Shown one piece after another: positions 22,352-33,605 of a stretch of DNA of 64,000 nucleotides. Each line of letters opens with the position of its first letter. The stretch's first letter is position 1. The notes beneath the pieces are model-generated. The model saw only the letters and a list, made by a program, of their open reading frames with translations. It ran no database searches and was not told where the DNA came from. This DNA comes from Takakia lepidozioides (lineage: Eukaryota; Plantae; Bryophyta), in contig CM060731.1 in the NCBI GenBank assembly GCA_030704615.1, positions 34,968,001-35,032,000 of the forward strand. The letters run 5' to 3'. The position numbers and the translations under genes are program-made.

Positions 22352-25300
22352 ATGAAGTTTACGATGGGGACAACGGAGGCTGCTCTGGAGCACATGCATG
22401 GCAAGGCGAGGGTACGGGTGGCGCGTTTGTGGAGAGGGAGGGAAGGACAGCCTCACCGGGTAGCGGAATGGAACATTTCCATTTCTTTGTCCTCCATGTG
22501 TCTTCCTGCTTTTTCAGATGGCGACAACTGTGCTATTGTAGCAACAGATTCCATGAAGAACACGGTATTCTTTCTGTCTATCCCCCTTCTCACACTCTCT
22601 TATCTCCTGTTTCTCTACTTTGGGAGGAGAATCTGACTCGAATTTGGCTCTGGTTAGATTTTGGTTGAATTAGTTTTAATGGAATGTTCATCGTCGTATT
22701 CAGATCCACTGGTGAGGGCGTGCAGCGTTGGGAGATAATGCACTCGTTTTTTAAGATAGCAGAAACCTACTTGAATTGCAACTCGTTGTTCTCTACTTTC
22801 ACAATCTGTAAGATGCATCAATTGTATGCAATTTATAGAAGGTTGAGTACCGTAAGCATGGTACCCCTTTGATAGAAATTGGTTGTCCATCCCGGTTACT
22901 GTGGATGGCTTGTTGCCGAAAATTTGATTCTCATGAATTGGAAACGCTTGTTCCCACGTGTTCCTATTTACAAAGTCGAGCAATTGCCTGTCAAATCTTG
23001 GACTACTCAAAGAGAGTTTTTTATTCTGTCTTAGATCAGTGTTGGGGATTCTGGGACTTCTTTATATACTTGGCTATTAACGCTACTGGTGGATCTAAGT
23101 TAAGTCATTTTCCAAGAGGTTGGACAATTTGTTTACAGTCGTGCAACTCTTTTCAATGGCACCTGCTTTGTCTGCAGACAGTTTCTGGTCGACCTACTAT
23201 CTGTTGGTCCTTCTCTGTTGCCTGAGGATTTACAGTGGTTTGGAGCTGCCTACAGGTTTACAAGCTAGCTAAAGAATGCAATGAGGAGCTGTTGATGGAA
23301 GACTTTGGAGTTCTTTTAGGAAAACATTTTATTGACACCTACCCTAAGGTGTGCTTGCAGACGTCAAACCAGTCCCTTACTTTTTTTGAAAAAAAAATCA
23401 AGCTGAGAGGGTCAATATCTCTTCAGACCTCATTCAGGGGATGGTTCTTTGATAGAGTAAGTAGAATGTCTATGTTTCAGTTAGTCTGTTAGGTTATATG
23501 CCTCACAATCTGGAACTAGTGTCCAGATTGTCACAGGTACAAGGGTGGCTCTTGCTGAGAAGCCTTGGGAGCGCATTGTAGTGGATGGCCTCCCCCACCA
23601 GCATGGTACATGTTCCTCCCCTCTCCAAGAAGCCCCTTCCTTTCTCCACTGGAGTAAGAAAAGCTGTGAAGTGTTTCTCACTACAGTTCTGTATTGATGC
23701 GCGTACTGAACCCCGCAACTGAGACAGTATTCTACACAACCTGTCTCGATGTTGGCTTACCATGGCAGTAATTGACACAGAGGATGCCATGTTTCTGTAT
23801 CAACAGGTTTCAAACTGGGATCGGAGAAGCATACTGCAGAGGTCAGGGTGAGCAGTGATGGAAAGGTGAAAGTGTTTTCAGGCATTTCCGAGTTGGCTTT
23901 ATTGAAAACTACTTCAGGTGCTGGCTAAATTCCCTCCATATTCCTGTTCACCTGTGTGAGTTTTGAAAGGGGCATAGGACTGCCCTACATGTTGGCTTCT
24001 TCCTTCGACTTACTGTGCTCAATTTTTAATGTTTCTCTTCGTAGTCCTGCTGTGGTTGTATACTATTAAAAGGAACATGTACCAACATGTGCATGTTTTA
24101 GCGACATGGTCAGCTGCAAAGGGCCTCTTGGAGTTGGAAATAGCAGGAGGTGAGCTAGTTGGAAAGGTTGATGTCTTTGCAGGCAGGGTTTGAAGGCTAC
24201 ATTATAGACAAATACACTACATTGCCAGAGACAAGAGAGCGAATGCTGGCCTCAGCAATTCGTGCTGTGTGGAGGTGTGTATTTTGGAGTACAACTGAAT
24301 GAAACTATCTTATCATTAGTTATTTGGAAGGGAAATCTTATCTTTGAGCGAAGGCCCAAACATCCTCTATTTGAATATTCTAGACCATTTCTGCCCTCCT
24401 TCTTCATCAGGAAGAAAGGTAATTTGGATTCGGTTGGTTCCAGCAGGGCCTTTACTTTCCTTCTTTTGTACATTCAGCTATTTGTAATTTAATTATTTTG
24501 AGAAGCTCAACATGAGTGTAATTGGTTGCAGTTACTCCAGCAAGCCAGTGATCTATCAACCAATGTTTGAAGCAGTGAAGGAGGTCCTTCTCAGTACCTT
24601 TTTTGGGCCTCCGCAGAGTGGAGTTTACAGTCCATCTGTTCAAAATACACTCTACCTCATGGCTAAAGCTGTGCTTGATACGTATGTCCAACTTCAATAC
24701 TTGCTTTTTTTATTTGCTCTACCTTCAATCATGGCACCCAAAGGGTGATGAAGTTTGGGACCTATGAATGTGTCTACCAGGTCGTCTACCCTGTCTACAA
24801 ATTGAACTGTGTTGTCTTTCATTGGAGCCAACGGGTGCTTGAACCAAGATTTACATGGAAGACTAAATTGACAATACGAGGACCACTTTTTGGAAAAATC
24901 AAGATGAAATTGAATGCTTTGATAGAATACCGCTTAGTCCATCACCAGTCCTGGTGCACAAACTTGGCTGTCAAATTAGCTATTTGCTTCCTCCTCTCCC
25001 CTTGAATGATGGACCTACAGCATGGTTGGTATACTGTTGTTTACTTCGCTTCTGAAGATTCCAGTTGCACCACCCTCTCATCCCTTTGGAAGGTAAACTG
25101 TGATGTTTGGTTGTATGTATTATGTCTTTGTATTGTGGTTGGAAAGTGCTAGTACTGAGCTGTCTTTTTTCACTATGCAGGTTTCCTGAAATTGAGTCAG
25201 TGTATCTCAATATGCCAAACATTCACTTCCTTCCTGTAAATTTGCCCTCTGTGGGTGTCAAGGTAACATCACCTATTCACCCAGGATAGTTTACACCTGT

Positions 25301-25712
25301 GTTGTTACTGAAGGTTGTCGTTGTGACTGTGGATGTGGTTGCAAAGGAAATATGACAAGGCAAAAGTCTAGTTTATCAAACCTTTTCAGACTGAGAAGGA
25401 ATCTTTGACTAAGTAAAACCTGTGCATCCCTCACAAGTGGACGAGGGATAGTAGTAATATCATAAAGATATTGATATATTGTGATGACTAGTTGGGATGT
25501 CTGATGATTTCATAGTGAATTCACACCTAAACTGCATGAGGTTCCAGAACTCTTCCCATATTGTTTCATTTTCAGTCTAATGAAATTCTGAAGTGGTGTT
25601 CATGGCACGTGCTTAGTTTGAAAATGATATCTTCTTGCCTACCGACGAGCCCCATGGGACAATCGAAGCCTGTTTGACCAGGAAAGGCTGTGCGGCCCAG
25701 TACAAATTGTGA
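22352..25712 (+). CDS. UOX: Urate oxidase (uricase), multi-exon
   Basis: HGKARVRV, VATDSMKNTVY, EKPWERI, LKTT..GFEG, LPETRERML, YSPSVQNTLY, MPNIHF and PTDEPHGTIEA motifs. Confidence 0.93.
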
Positions 25713-27137
25713 GAGTATATCATGTGGGTTGGACATGATTCGTCTGTTGTGCTCAACACAAGCTATCAGCTTCCCGTAATAGCCCTAGAAGGACAGAGAG
25801 GGTTAGTGAATTCCTGATCTGAACAAGGATGGAGCATTGTTTTTGGTGATGGTGCTGCTGTTGGTGATGTGCTTCCAAGTGTGCTGGCAGCAATGATGCT
25901 GACATCATAGCTAGAGGTCGTCTTAGGGACCTGACATGTCCACTGGTTATGATGATAAACAGCTTGTGAACCCTACACCTCCTTTGTGGAGCTGGAGCTG
26001 AAATGCCTCGCTGCTTACAAACAGGTGAACCTCGTGGCTCTTTGAACAGTTCAACACTCGTGTATTTCAGTGTTGAGCCATTCTTAGCCGCTTTGAATAT
26101 TTGCATGTTGACAGCTCATTATGTCGTATATTCAAGTTGATGCAAGTGTGAACGTAAATGAATGCTAACTCTAAATATATTGGCACTCTGGGGATATCTC
26201 GATGTCAGACAGACTGCCTATTAAACTTTTTCATAGAGTGCACCTCAAAACTGCTTCAGACACCCCAACAATTAAATTTCGAGGTTGAATCAGGTTATTA
26301 AGAATCGTTAAGCTTTTTGTCTGGACCTCAAGGATTCTGAATCAACCTGTCTCTTTAAATAGGAGTAAGGCTTGGACAGGACTCAAGCTTGTCATGCACT
26401 GCTGCGACCTCTGGTGCAAGCATGAACTGAAGAGAGTTCCACCTGAATTAAGAGTGTTTGTGATGCAATATCTGAACCAAGTGGCATTTATCAAGTCCAT
26501 TGTGTCATGTGGTCTTATTATGTCAACCTCAGAAATAACATTTACTGGTGAATGAACATCAATGGGTGGGATTGCTGACAGCAAATGCACACTCTCAGGC
26601 AAGAGTGACAAAATGCCATCAGTCAACTTTCCAAGCAGGAAATAAGACATCAAACTTTCAACAAAAGAGCAGTGATATGACACGGGAGGATCTGAGATGG
26701 TGAGACAGTAAATGGTCCTCTTTATCCATGATATCAACTACAACAGTCAGATTTAGATCAGCACAAAAATCAAAAAATTTGGAGAGTCAATCATGTTTGC
26801 AAACCGTGCAGGAGCTAGCTATAGACCTATTCTGCTTAAGACTAACCCCAGAGGACTGAGTGCAGCCCTTCACCACATCCTAACTTGAGCACAAGATATC
26901 CAGGAGGATGATATCGTGAGCTCTAAATCTCTGGGGGCATTAGTTCTTCTTCGTACAAAGGACCATGGAGTCAACAGGAACAAACCCTTCAGGAGAATGA
27001 GTTTTAGGCCACTATGCCTCCAACATGACCTGTTGTTGCTCAGCTATGACTTACATCAAACAATCGAAGATCACAAAGTGAACAACTCATATGTCAATCA
27101 ACATCAACACCCTAGACCATCGCACATGTTTAAGTGG

Positions 27138-27270
27138 AGAACCAAAGTGTTAACCTAAACTTAGTAAAGTTACTTCTCAGCTGGAACACCGATCAGAAAA
27201 TATAATTTGAGGCAAGGGCCTGCTTTTCATCAGGCCAGCTTGACCCACTCTCCCCAGGATCGGGTTTGGA
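27138..27270 (-). repeat. Inverted partner of 16324-16453
   Basis: Direct reverse-complement comparison. Confidence 0.9.
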
Positions 27271-27636
27271 GACGGAAGGCGGGAAGATGTGTTAAGCACA
27301 TAGGTTCCAGTCGTGGAATATCTTCCAGCTGCAAACATCCCACTAAATTTGATGTTGAGATAATTATATATTCAGCAGTAAGTAAAAACCATGGTGCAAC
27401 CACACTGGTTCACCGTACATGCTTCATGGACACGTACAATTGGAAGGAGACGCCCCCTCCACAAAACTGCCTTTGTACCATGCAACCTTACCAACCCCAT
27501 CCCAATCAGTGGTCGATTGGCATAACTGGGGTTCAGTGCTGTCTAGGGCTTCGTGCTTCAGGGTGTGTTGTCATGGGATTCGTTGCTTACACAATCTCTC
27601 TCTCTAGACATTATAAAGCACCATTTTATCATTTCT

Positions 27637-28033
27637 CTAGAGCTCTCTCTCATGGCCACAAAGGTATGGCAAACAATGCCTGATGAGTACATTCGCTCCC
27701 TCTCCTTTCCCAATGCAATTCTCTGTCCTTTCCTTCAACAAGATCACTAATGTTCTAATCGAGTGGCTGGGATCTGGGAGTGGAACAAACTTGATCTTTG
27801 AGAAACCAGCTGCAGCTATCAGTTGGCGCCACTGCTCCTCTGTTCTCTCCACTCCTTCAGTATGCGCAAGCATGACTAGTTCCATTGTCCGCGCTAAAGG
27901 GGCGAATGGGCTGTCATAATCTGCCTCTGGTGGTAAAACTGCATCGCAGATTATAACTTTTCCATTTTCTGGCAATGCCTCAGTTCCGGAAGATCTTGAT
28001 ACAGTTCTCGTCGTCCCAGTCGTGCATGATATG
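27637..28033 (-). pseudogene. Last exon of a COMT-like plant O-methyltransferase, frameshifted
   Basis: Acceptor then HIMHDWDDENCIKIFRN, frameshift, then EALPENGKVIICDAVLP..GVERTEEQWRQLIAAAGF. No upstream exons recognised. Confidence 0.85.
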
Positions 28034-29530
28034 CTGCAGACAGGTTTCAAGACCCTTCAGGAGATGTGAAAATTAGACACATCACCCTCTCTCTATGAAG
28101 CTCTTTGAGCTTTCCATGCAGACGTTATGAAGTAGACATTTCATTTCTTCTCGAATGTCAGTGGCAGTGCAAGCATAATCTAGAGGACCACACTAGGAAT
28201 TAAATTATACAGATTTATATATCTAATTATCAAAGCACTGCGCGGAACACCCTTGTGGCGGGGACTCCCCCATATACGTAATCTCTCATCTAAATGTAGT
28301 TGATCAGCGTGAACGTGCCCAAACTTGGGCTGTTGACCGCATCCAAATCCTACGTCTTAGACATTGCATTAAGTTGCTGTCTGGGTGGTTCTGGGTTCAA
28401 AGTCTGGATACAGTTGACTGCCGTGTATGTGATTCCAGCCTCAGTTCTGGAATATACCCGGGCCCAGCGCTGCCATCCTTTTACCCCCACGGGCCACCAG
28501 AGCCTTTGCAAGCGTGGCCTAATAACAAACGTGCAGAGCGAGTCCATAAATAAGACGAGTGCAAAAGCACGTTGCTTGCCAAAAGTATCCCTGTCCCTCT
28601 ACGTTGCCCAAACGCAGATATTATGAGCAACAAAATTCTACAGTACATGCTAAACTAAGCTGCGAACTAGTTTATTAGAGTTGAGATTGGAAGTGGCACG
28701 GAAGGTCAGTTACGGCGTCCGGGAAATAATTTCAGTTGAACCAGCCAGTAGCCGCTCATTCCCAGCAGCAATCGGCTAAGTGGGTTGGGCAGTCGGTTGC
28801 TGCCCCTTAGTGGTAACTATACCCGGTCAATTTCCGAGATAATTTCTTTACAACCGGTAATATTCCTAATGATTTATTTTGTGTTCAGCTATAAATCCGG
28901 CCCTTATAAATATCAACGGGTTGACAACACAAGTGTCAAATGCACAACAATAAGTAAATAATAATAATAATAAATAATCACAACCAGTTTTAAGCAATTC
29001 AAACAAGTGAAGAACATTGTATCCTTATAGAAGTTGGACCTATCAATGCCTTCAAACCACATGGAGGCCAAGAATTGAACCCGCGTGGACAGGTGAGCTG
29101 TGATAGCAGGCAGCGAGTGCAAGCAGGCGTGGGGCTGGGGCTGCGAGAGCAACTCCAGACTTAGTAGGGTTTGCCGGCGGGCCCGCCCTCTTTGAGTTCA
29201 ATATTTTTTCACCTAAACGCCCTTCCTTGGATGTAACCCGGCCTGGCACGTTGGATTTCTGCCATGTGGTGGACTTCGACGGCCATTTCCATTTTTTGTA
29301 ATATAAGAAGGGCCGGAATCCGTCCAAGGCAGATTTCCTGTCTGTAATGAAATGGAAAGGCAAATATCCTTCCTAAAAGTAGGGCACCCGGTTGATTTTC
29401 ACTTCGGCCATTTTTTCCCTCGGATCCATTTCCTGAGGTTTCATATTTCATTAGGAAATTCTGGAATTCAGTTTGCTAGCATGTAACTGGCTGCCGGTTC
29501 TCCCCGGACGTTGGTCAGTTATTTCTGGAA

Positions 29531-29671
29531 ATGATAACAGTTTGGATGCAGTCAGGCCACCGTAATAAACGGGCTGCAACGACCGGGTCCCCCACCAAAC
29601 AACAATCACAACTTTACTTACGTCAAAATAGTGGTTATGACGTTGTGAAGGCATTGTGTGCGCAGGAGTAA
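29531..29671 (+). CDS. 46-aa small ORF MITVWMQSGHRNKRAATTGSPTKQQSQLYLRQNSGYDVVKALCAQE (paralogue of 3232-3369)
   Basis: Open frame; 25 of the last 26 residues identical to copy 1; stop TAA vs TGA; followed by donor gtgcag|gtgagc (~29786). Confidence 0.5.
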   Translation: MITVWMQSGHRNKRAATTGSPTKQQSQLYLRQNSGYDVVKALCAQE

Positions 29672-32561
29672 TGATTGCGGGCTCAAATCGCGGATATGTA
29701 TGTACCCACACTACACTACTCGAGTGATCAATCATCGTTTCACTATTGATTTGCAAGTAAAATAATGTACGTAAAGGATGTGCAGGTGAGCTAACTCAAC
29801 GCGATCATCTCAACGACTTTCTCTCTGGACGGGGGCTTTCTCTCGGAAAAGGGAGTCGAGACTTGAGACCGCTGTGATTCGAGTGCGGAGTGATGAGGTG
29901 GAGCAGGCTGAGCTAGGGGAGCTGCGACCTGCGATTGTTGTAAGTTGGGCTTTTTGGCCATCGCTCACCGTGCTGCAAGCTGCCCTTTCCTTGGCTTCGG
30001 CTTTCCTGCGTAGGCTCCTCGGCTGATCATCACATTTCGTGCTTAGGCTTGTGAGACGCTGTCGATAATCAATGTCCCTCATTGCTTCTATTTCGCTGGC
30101 AGAGGGTTCTCGCAGCATCGCTTATATGTTCTACCAAATCCCAGTTGTCACACCAATCGCTTCACACGATAAACAGCTCCATGAGGATTAAGCACAACTG
30201 TTACGCTGCTCACTGTGCAAATTATGCATAGGTCAGCTCTTAGGCTTCTGGTTAGAATTGACTTCATCACTTGGCGCATAGCCGTCTTCGTTCTCTTCAT
30301 TTCGGTCGAGATTCGTTACATGTATTCATTCTATTTGTTCCTATTGCTTCTTCCAGATGCTAGTGTTTGCGAGCAATTGGCTGATCATATTAAACGTCTA
30401 CTTCTTCCCAGCAACTAGATTAGCACTCTTCCCACTTAGTTGTTGTCTCCCCCCATCACTTTGTGTGATCTACAATATGGTGTTCTACTGGTTAGCAACT
30501 TTCCATATTGGCTACTAGGTTGTCTTCGTTCTGATTTCTGCTTTCAGACGCTTGCACCTTGGTATGCCTGAAATTCATTGCACGTGGTTTTATTTGTTTT
30601 GTTGTGATGCATTCAGGAAGTTGCTCGTCTTTTTTCTTGTCTTAAGAGTTTGGACCTTAACTAGTGTATGGAAGTCTCTACTGTCACTTCTGTCACATTT
30701 CTTACATGAGCAAGATGTTGTGGTCAAACATTTTTTCTAGTAAAAAGTCTCTATTATCTTGTGTTCAAACGCCAGACTCTTCATAGTAGTTTTATGCTCA
30801 AGGCGAAGTGGCTCTTTAGTTACGCCGGCTTTGGCCGGAGTCTTCTCTCTCACTCTAGTTTTATGCTCTCTTAACATTTTACCACTCTCATCCTGAACAC
30901 AGGGATCGTGTTGCTGCAGCAACGGAGTTGGGAGAGCTGTAATGGGTCTGGACCATCAACTCATCAAAATGGAGGCCGTGAATGGAGGTGTGAGAACTCC
31001 AACATGAGGTCAGTAACCAATGTATTCATGTTCTTTAACTTTCCAACCAAAAGGGGCAGAGTCCTTTGAAACTCAATTGATAGAGGTTATGGAAAAAATC
31101 GTCGTTACAGGAGAACATGAGGCAGTTAAAAAATGGACCCACCTTGTCCAGGCCAACAGGTTCACTGACATAACAGCAAGTTATGAGCCTTGTGTATGAA
31201 AAAGCTGAGTACCAAAGCTAGGAGAAGCTATCAGCCTTCTATGACAAGGAGCTACCAGAGATAGCAGAGCCAAAGCGTCTCAGAAAGAACAGCCTGGGGG
31301 AAACAGAAATTCTATGAAGAAATAAAAATATAGGAGCTGCTAAAACCATACTGAAGCTAGAATAGAATCGCATGGCTGACAGGGCAGAAAGCTCGTTAGC
31401 CCTTGCTGCGCAGCTCCTTTCTGCATATTAACTTAGAAAATAAAAAGTTCATTAGACTCATAATACAATATAGACGGTACAGACAACATTACTGATAGAA
31501 TACAGTGATCAGTAGACCAGATCATGGAGCATTGGACATCAAGAATAACCACGTCTTCTTTGTGGAAAATTCTTTGCAGTACCTCTCCTCAAACATGCTA
31601 GGACACAAAGGGACTCAAAGACGATACAAACATCTTCTCTCCAAGCATTTTGGGCCCGTTTGCTTCAGATTCAGAGTCCATTAACCGGCCACTGGAGTCA
31701 CTGCCATAGCATTCATGTGATTGGGCACTGACTGGACTGACGCAACCCAGTCACATGGGTCTCACAAAGCACTTTGGACCCGTTTGCTTGAACCGCACCA
31801 GTTGTTGTTTGATGACGCAACCAGACATTGGAAACCTCTTGGAAACCTGTCTGGTAGTGGTAGACTTGGGGTTGTGTGACCTGCTTGTCTTTGCTGCAAT
31901 AAAAAAGGTCACAGAGCACAAGGCTTCCACGCTCAGACAGGTGTCCAAGCGGTTGCTATTGGCCCTATGTACGCATAAGGCCGATCTTAGATGAGGTGAA
32001 AGAGAAACATGGCAAAGGAGCTAGTCATAAACGACGACATCAGCACGGTTCGATACTCATGTCACTGATAAGTTGCTGTCATTCGATTCAGAAACTGGGC
32101 TATGGCAGATGGTGTTCAAGGCTACAGACTTCTAAGGATTGCTCCGAACAGAAACATTCTACAAATGTCTATGACAAATCTTCCCCCAAATCTACATTTT
32201 TCCAGGCTGTCGTCGTCTATGAAGTACCTAGCTCCTTTGCCATGTTTCTCTTCACCTCATCTAAGATCGGGAAGGGACTGCTCTCTTCCTCTTGCACTCC
32301 AAGACCCCACATCAATGACCAGCCCGACATGTCACAAAGATAAGCAGTCCAACATGTTGCACAGATTGTAAAATAACAAGGATACCTCTCTAGAGGAGCC
32401 TCTCTCCTATCTACCTCTCTCTGTCTCTTTCCTGAGGAGAGGCGCTGTGCAGAGGAAGATGAGCCAAGACTGTGAAATGCTCTGTGTGTATAGTGGAGAA
32501 GGGCTTAAGTAGGGTGGTGGGTTTCTAGGGTTCATTATGCTCAAAGCCACCATGCTTCTAG
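29672..32561 (+). pseudogene. Cassette copy 3: scrambled F-box pseudogene
   Basis: Collinear but diverged match to the intron region; acceptor ttctttgcag (~31579); F-box remnants with stops (DKLLSFDSETGLWQMV) and locally inverted fragments (~31640-31800); terminal segment shared with copy 2. Confidence 0.8.
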
Positions 32562-32975
32562 AATCTACACAGCTTTACGGGAGAAGAGGTTCAGGGTTCG
32601 AATTGGAGAGTAAGGCTCCAGTGTTTTCTTTGTTGGCAATTTCTACTGACTCGACAAGGTGTGGCTTTTTCTTAATGTAGGATGTGAAGAAGTTTGTCCA
32701 TCCTGCAAATGTGGGCTTTTGGCTCCTGTTAGTACCATGATTTGGTATTCTTCATGATGTTTACAAGGTTCTTGGAAGAGTCAGCTTGGTCTTAGCATGT
32801 CGTGTTTCAATCTCTGCTCGCTTAGTTGCACCATGGTGGTTCTCATGGACCAATGCGATGTTTTTTTTTTTCCTCAAGCACTAAGCCCCACTAAGCCCCA
32901 CTAAGCCCTATCGTTGCTGCGCACTTAAGTCCTCGCTGATGTTTACAAAGTTCTTGGGAGAGTCAGCTTGGTCTA

Positions 32976-33138
32976 GGGTATGCACGGCAGGGACGTCGGA
33001 TGGAGGCTTTGGAGACCTATGAGCAAATGATGGGGGAAGCGCATCGTGTTTGTGTGCATTTGTAATGCTTGTGCAAGCCTGGCAGCTCTGGAGAAGGGCA
33101 AGAGGTGCATGGGGATATCAACAAAGCTGGAATTGCGA
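32976..33138 (+). pseudogene. PPR gene fragment
   Basis: GYARQGRRMEALETYEQMM ... FVCICNACASLAALEKGK-EVHGDINKAGI with frameshifts; same family as the 17260-21690 pseudogene. Confidence 0.75.
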
Positions 33139-33416
33139 TTGTGCCAAAAAAAACGCTTGCACACCTCTCTGTGTACTCTTCTAACGCCATAATGTCCAAT
33201 TTCCTCGTGTTCCAAAGAAAGATTCAAAACTAGGAGGCCCTTGTCCTAAGGATAACCGCCTGCTAGCTGTAAAATTGTATACCATATCTACTATACCAGG
33301 TTTTGGGCCGTGAGATGTGAATTGTTTTGAATCATATCTTCACCGTCCAGATTTAAGGTAAGAACGGCTAGATCTATAGAGTGGAGATAAGCAGGAACTG
33401 AGGTGGAATCTGGCGC

Positions 33417-33447
<31 letters not shown>

Positions 33448-33605
33448 GGATCCGTGCAGTGAATGCGATGGAGCGATGAGTGTAGCAGGGGTGGATCTCG
33501 AGGAAGAACCTAAGCATTCAAGTGTGTGGAGATTCGGGAGGGATTCGGGAGGGAGAAAGCTCACGAAGATTTAATTCTGAACTGGAGAAGTTGGGAAATT
33601 TGGGT

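Noticed and set aside
26342-26737. 131-aa minus-strand ORF
   Set aside because: No recognisable motif, gene structure or paralogue.
27205-27245. Hammerhead ribozyme core (CTGATGA) on the minus strand; similar motifs at ~27680 and ~56198
   Set aside because: No correctly placed GAAA or three-stem junction.
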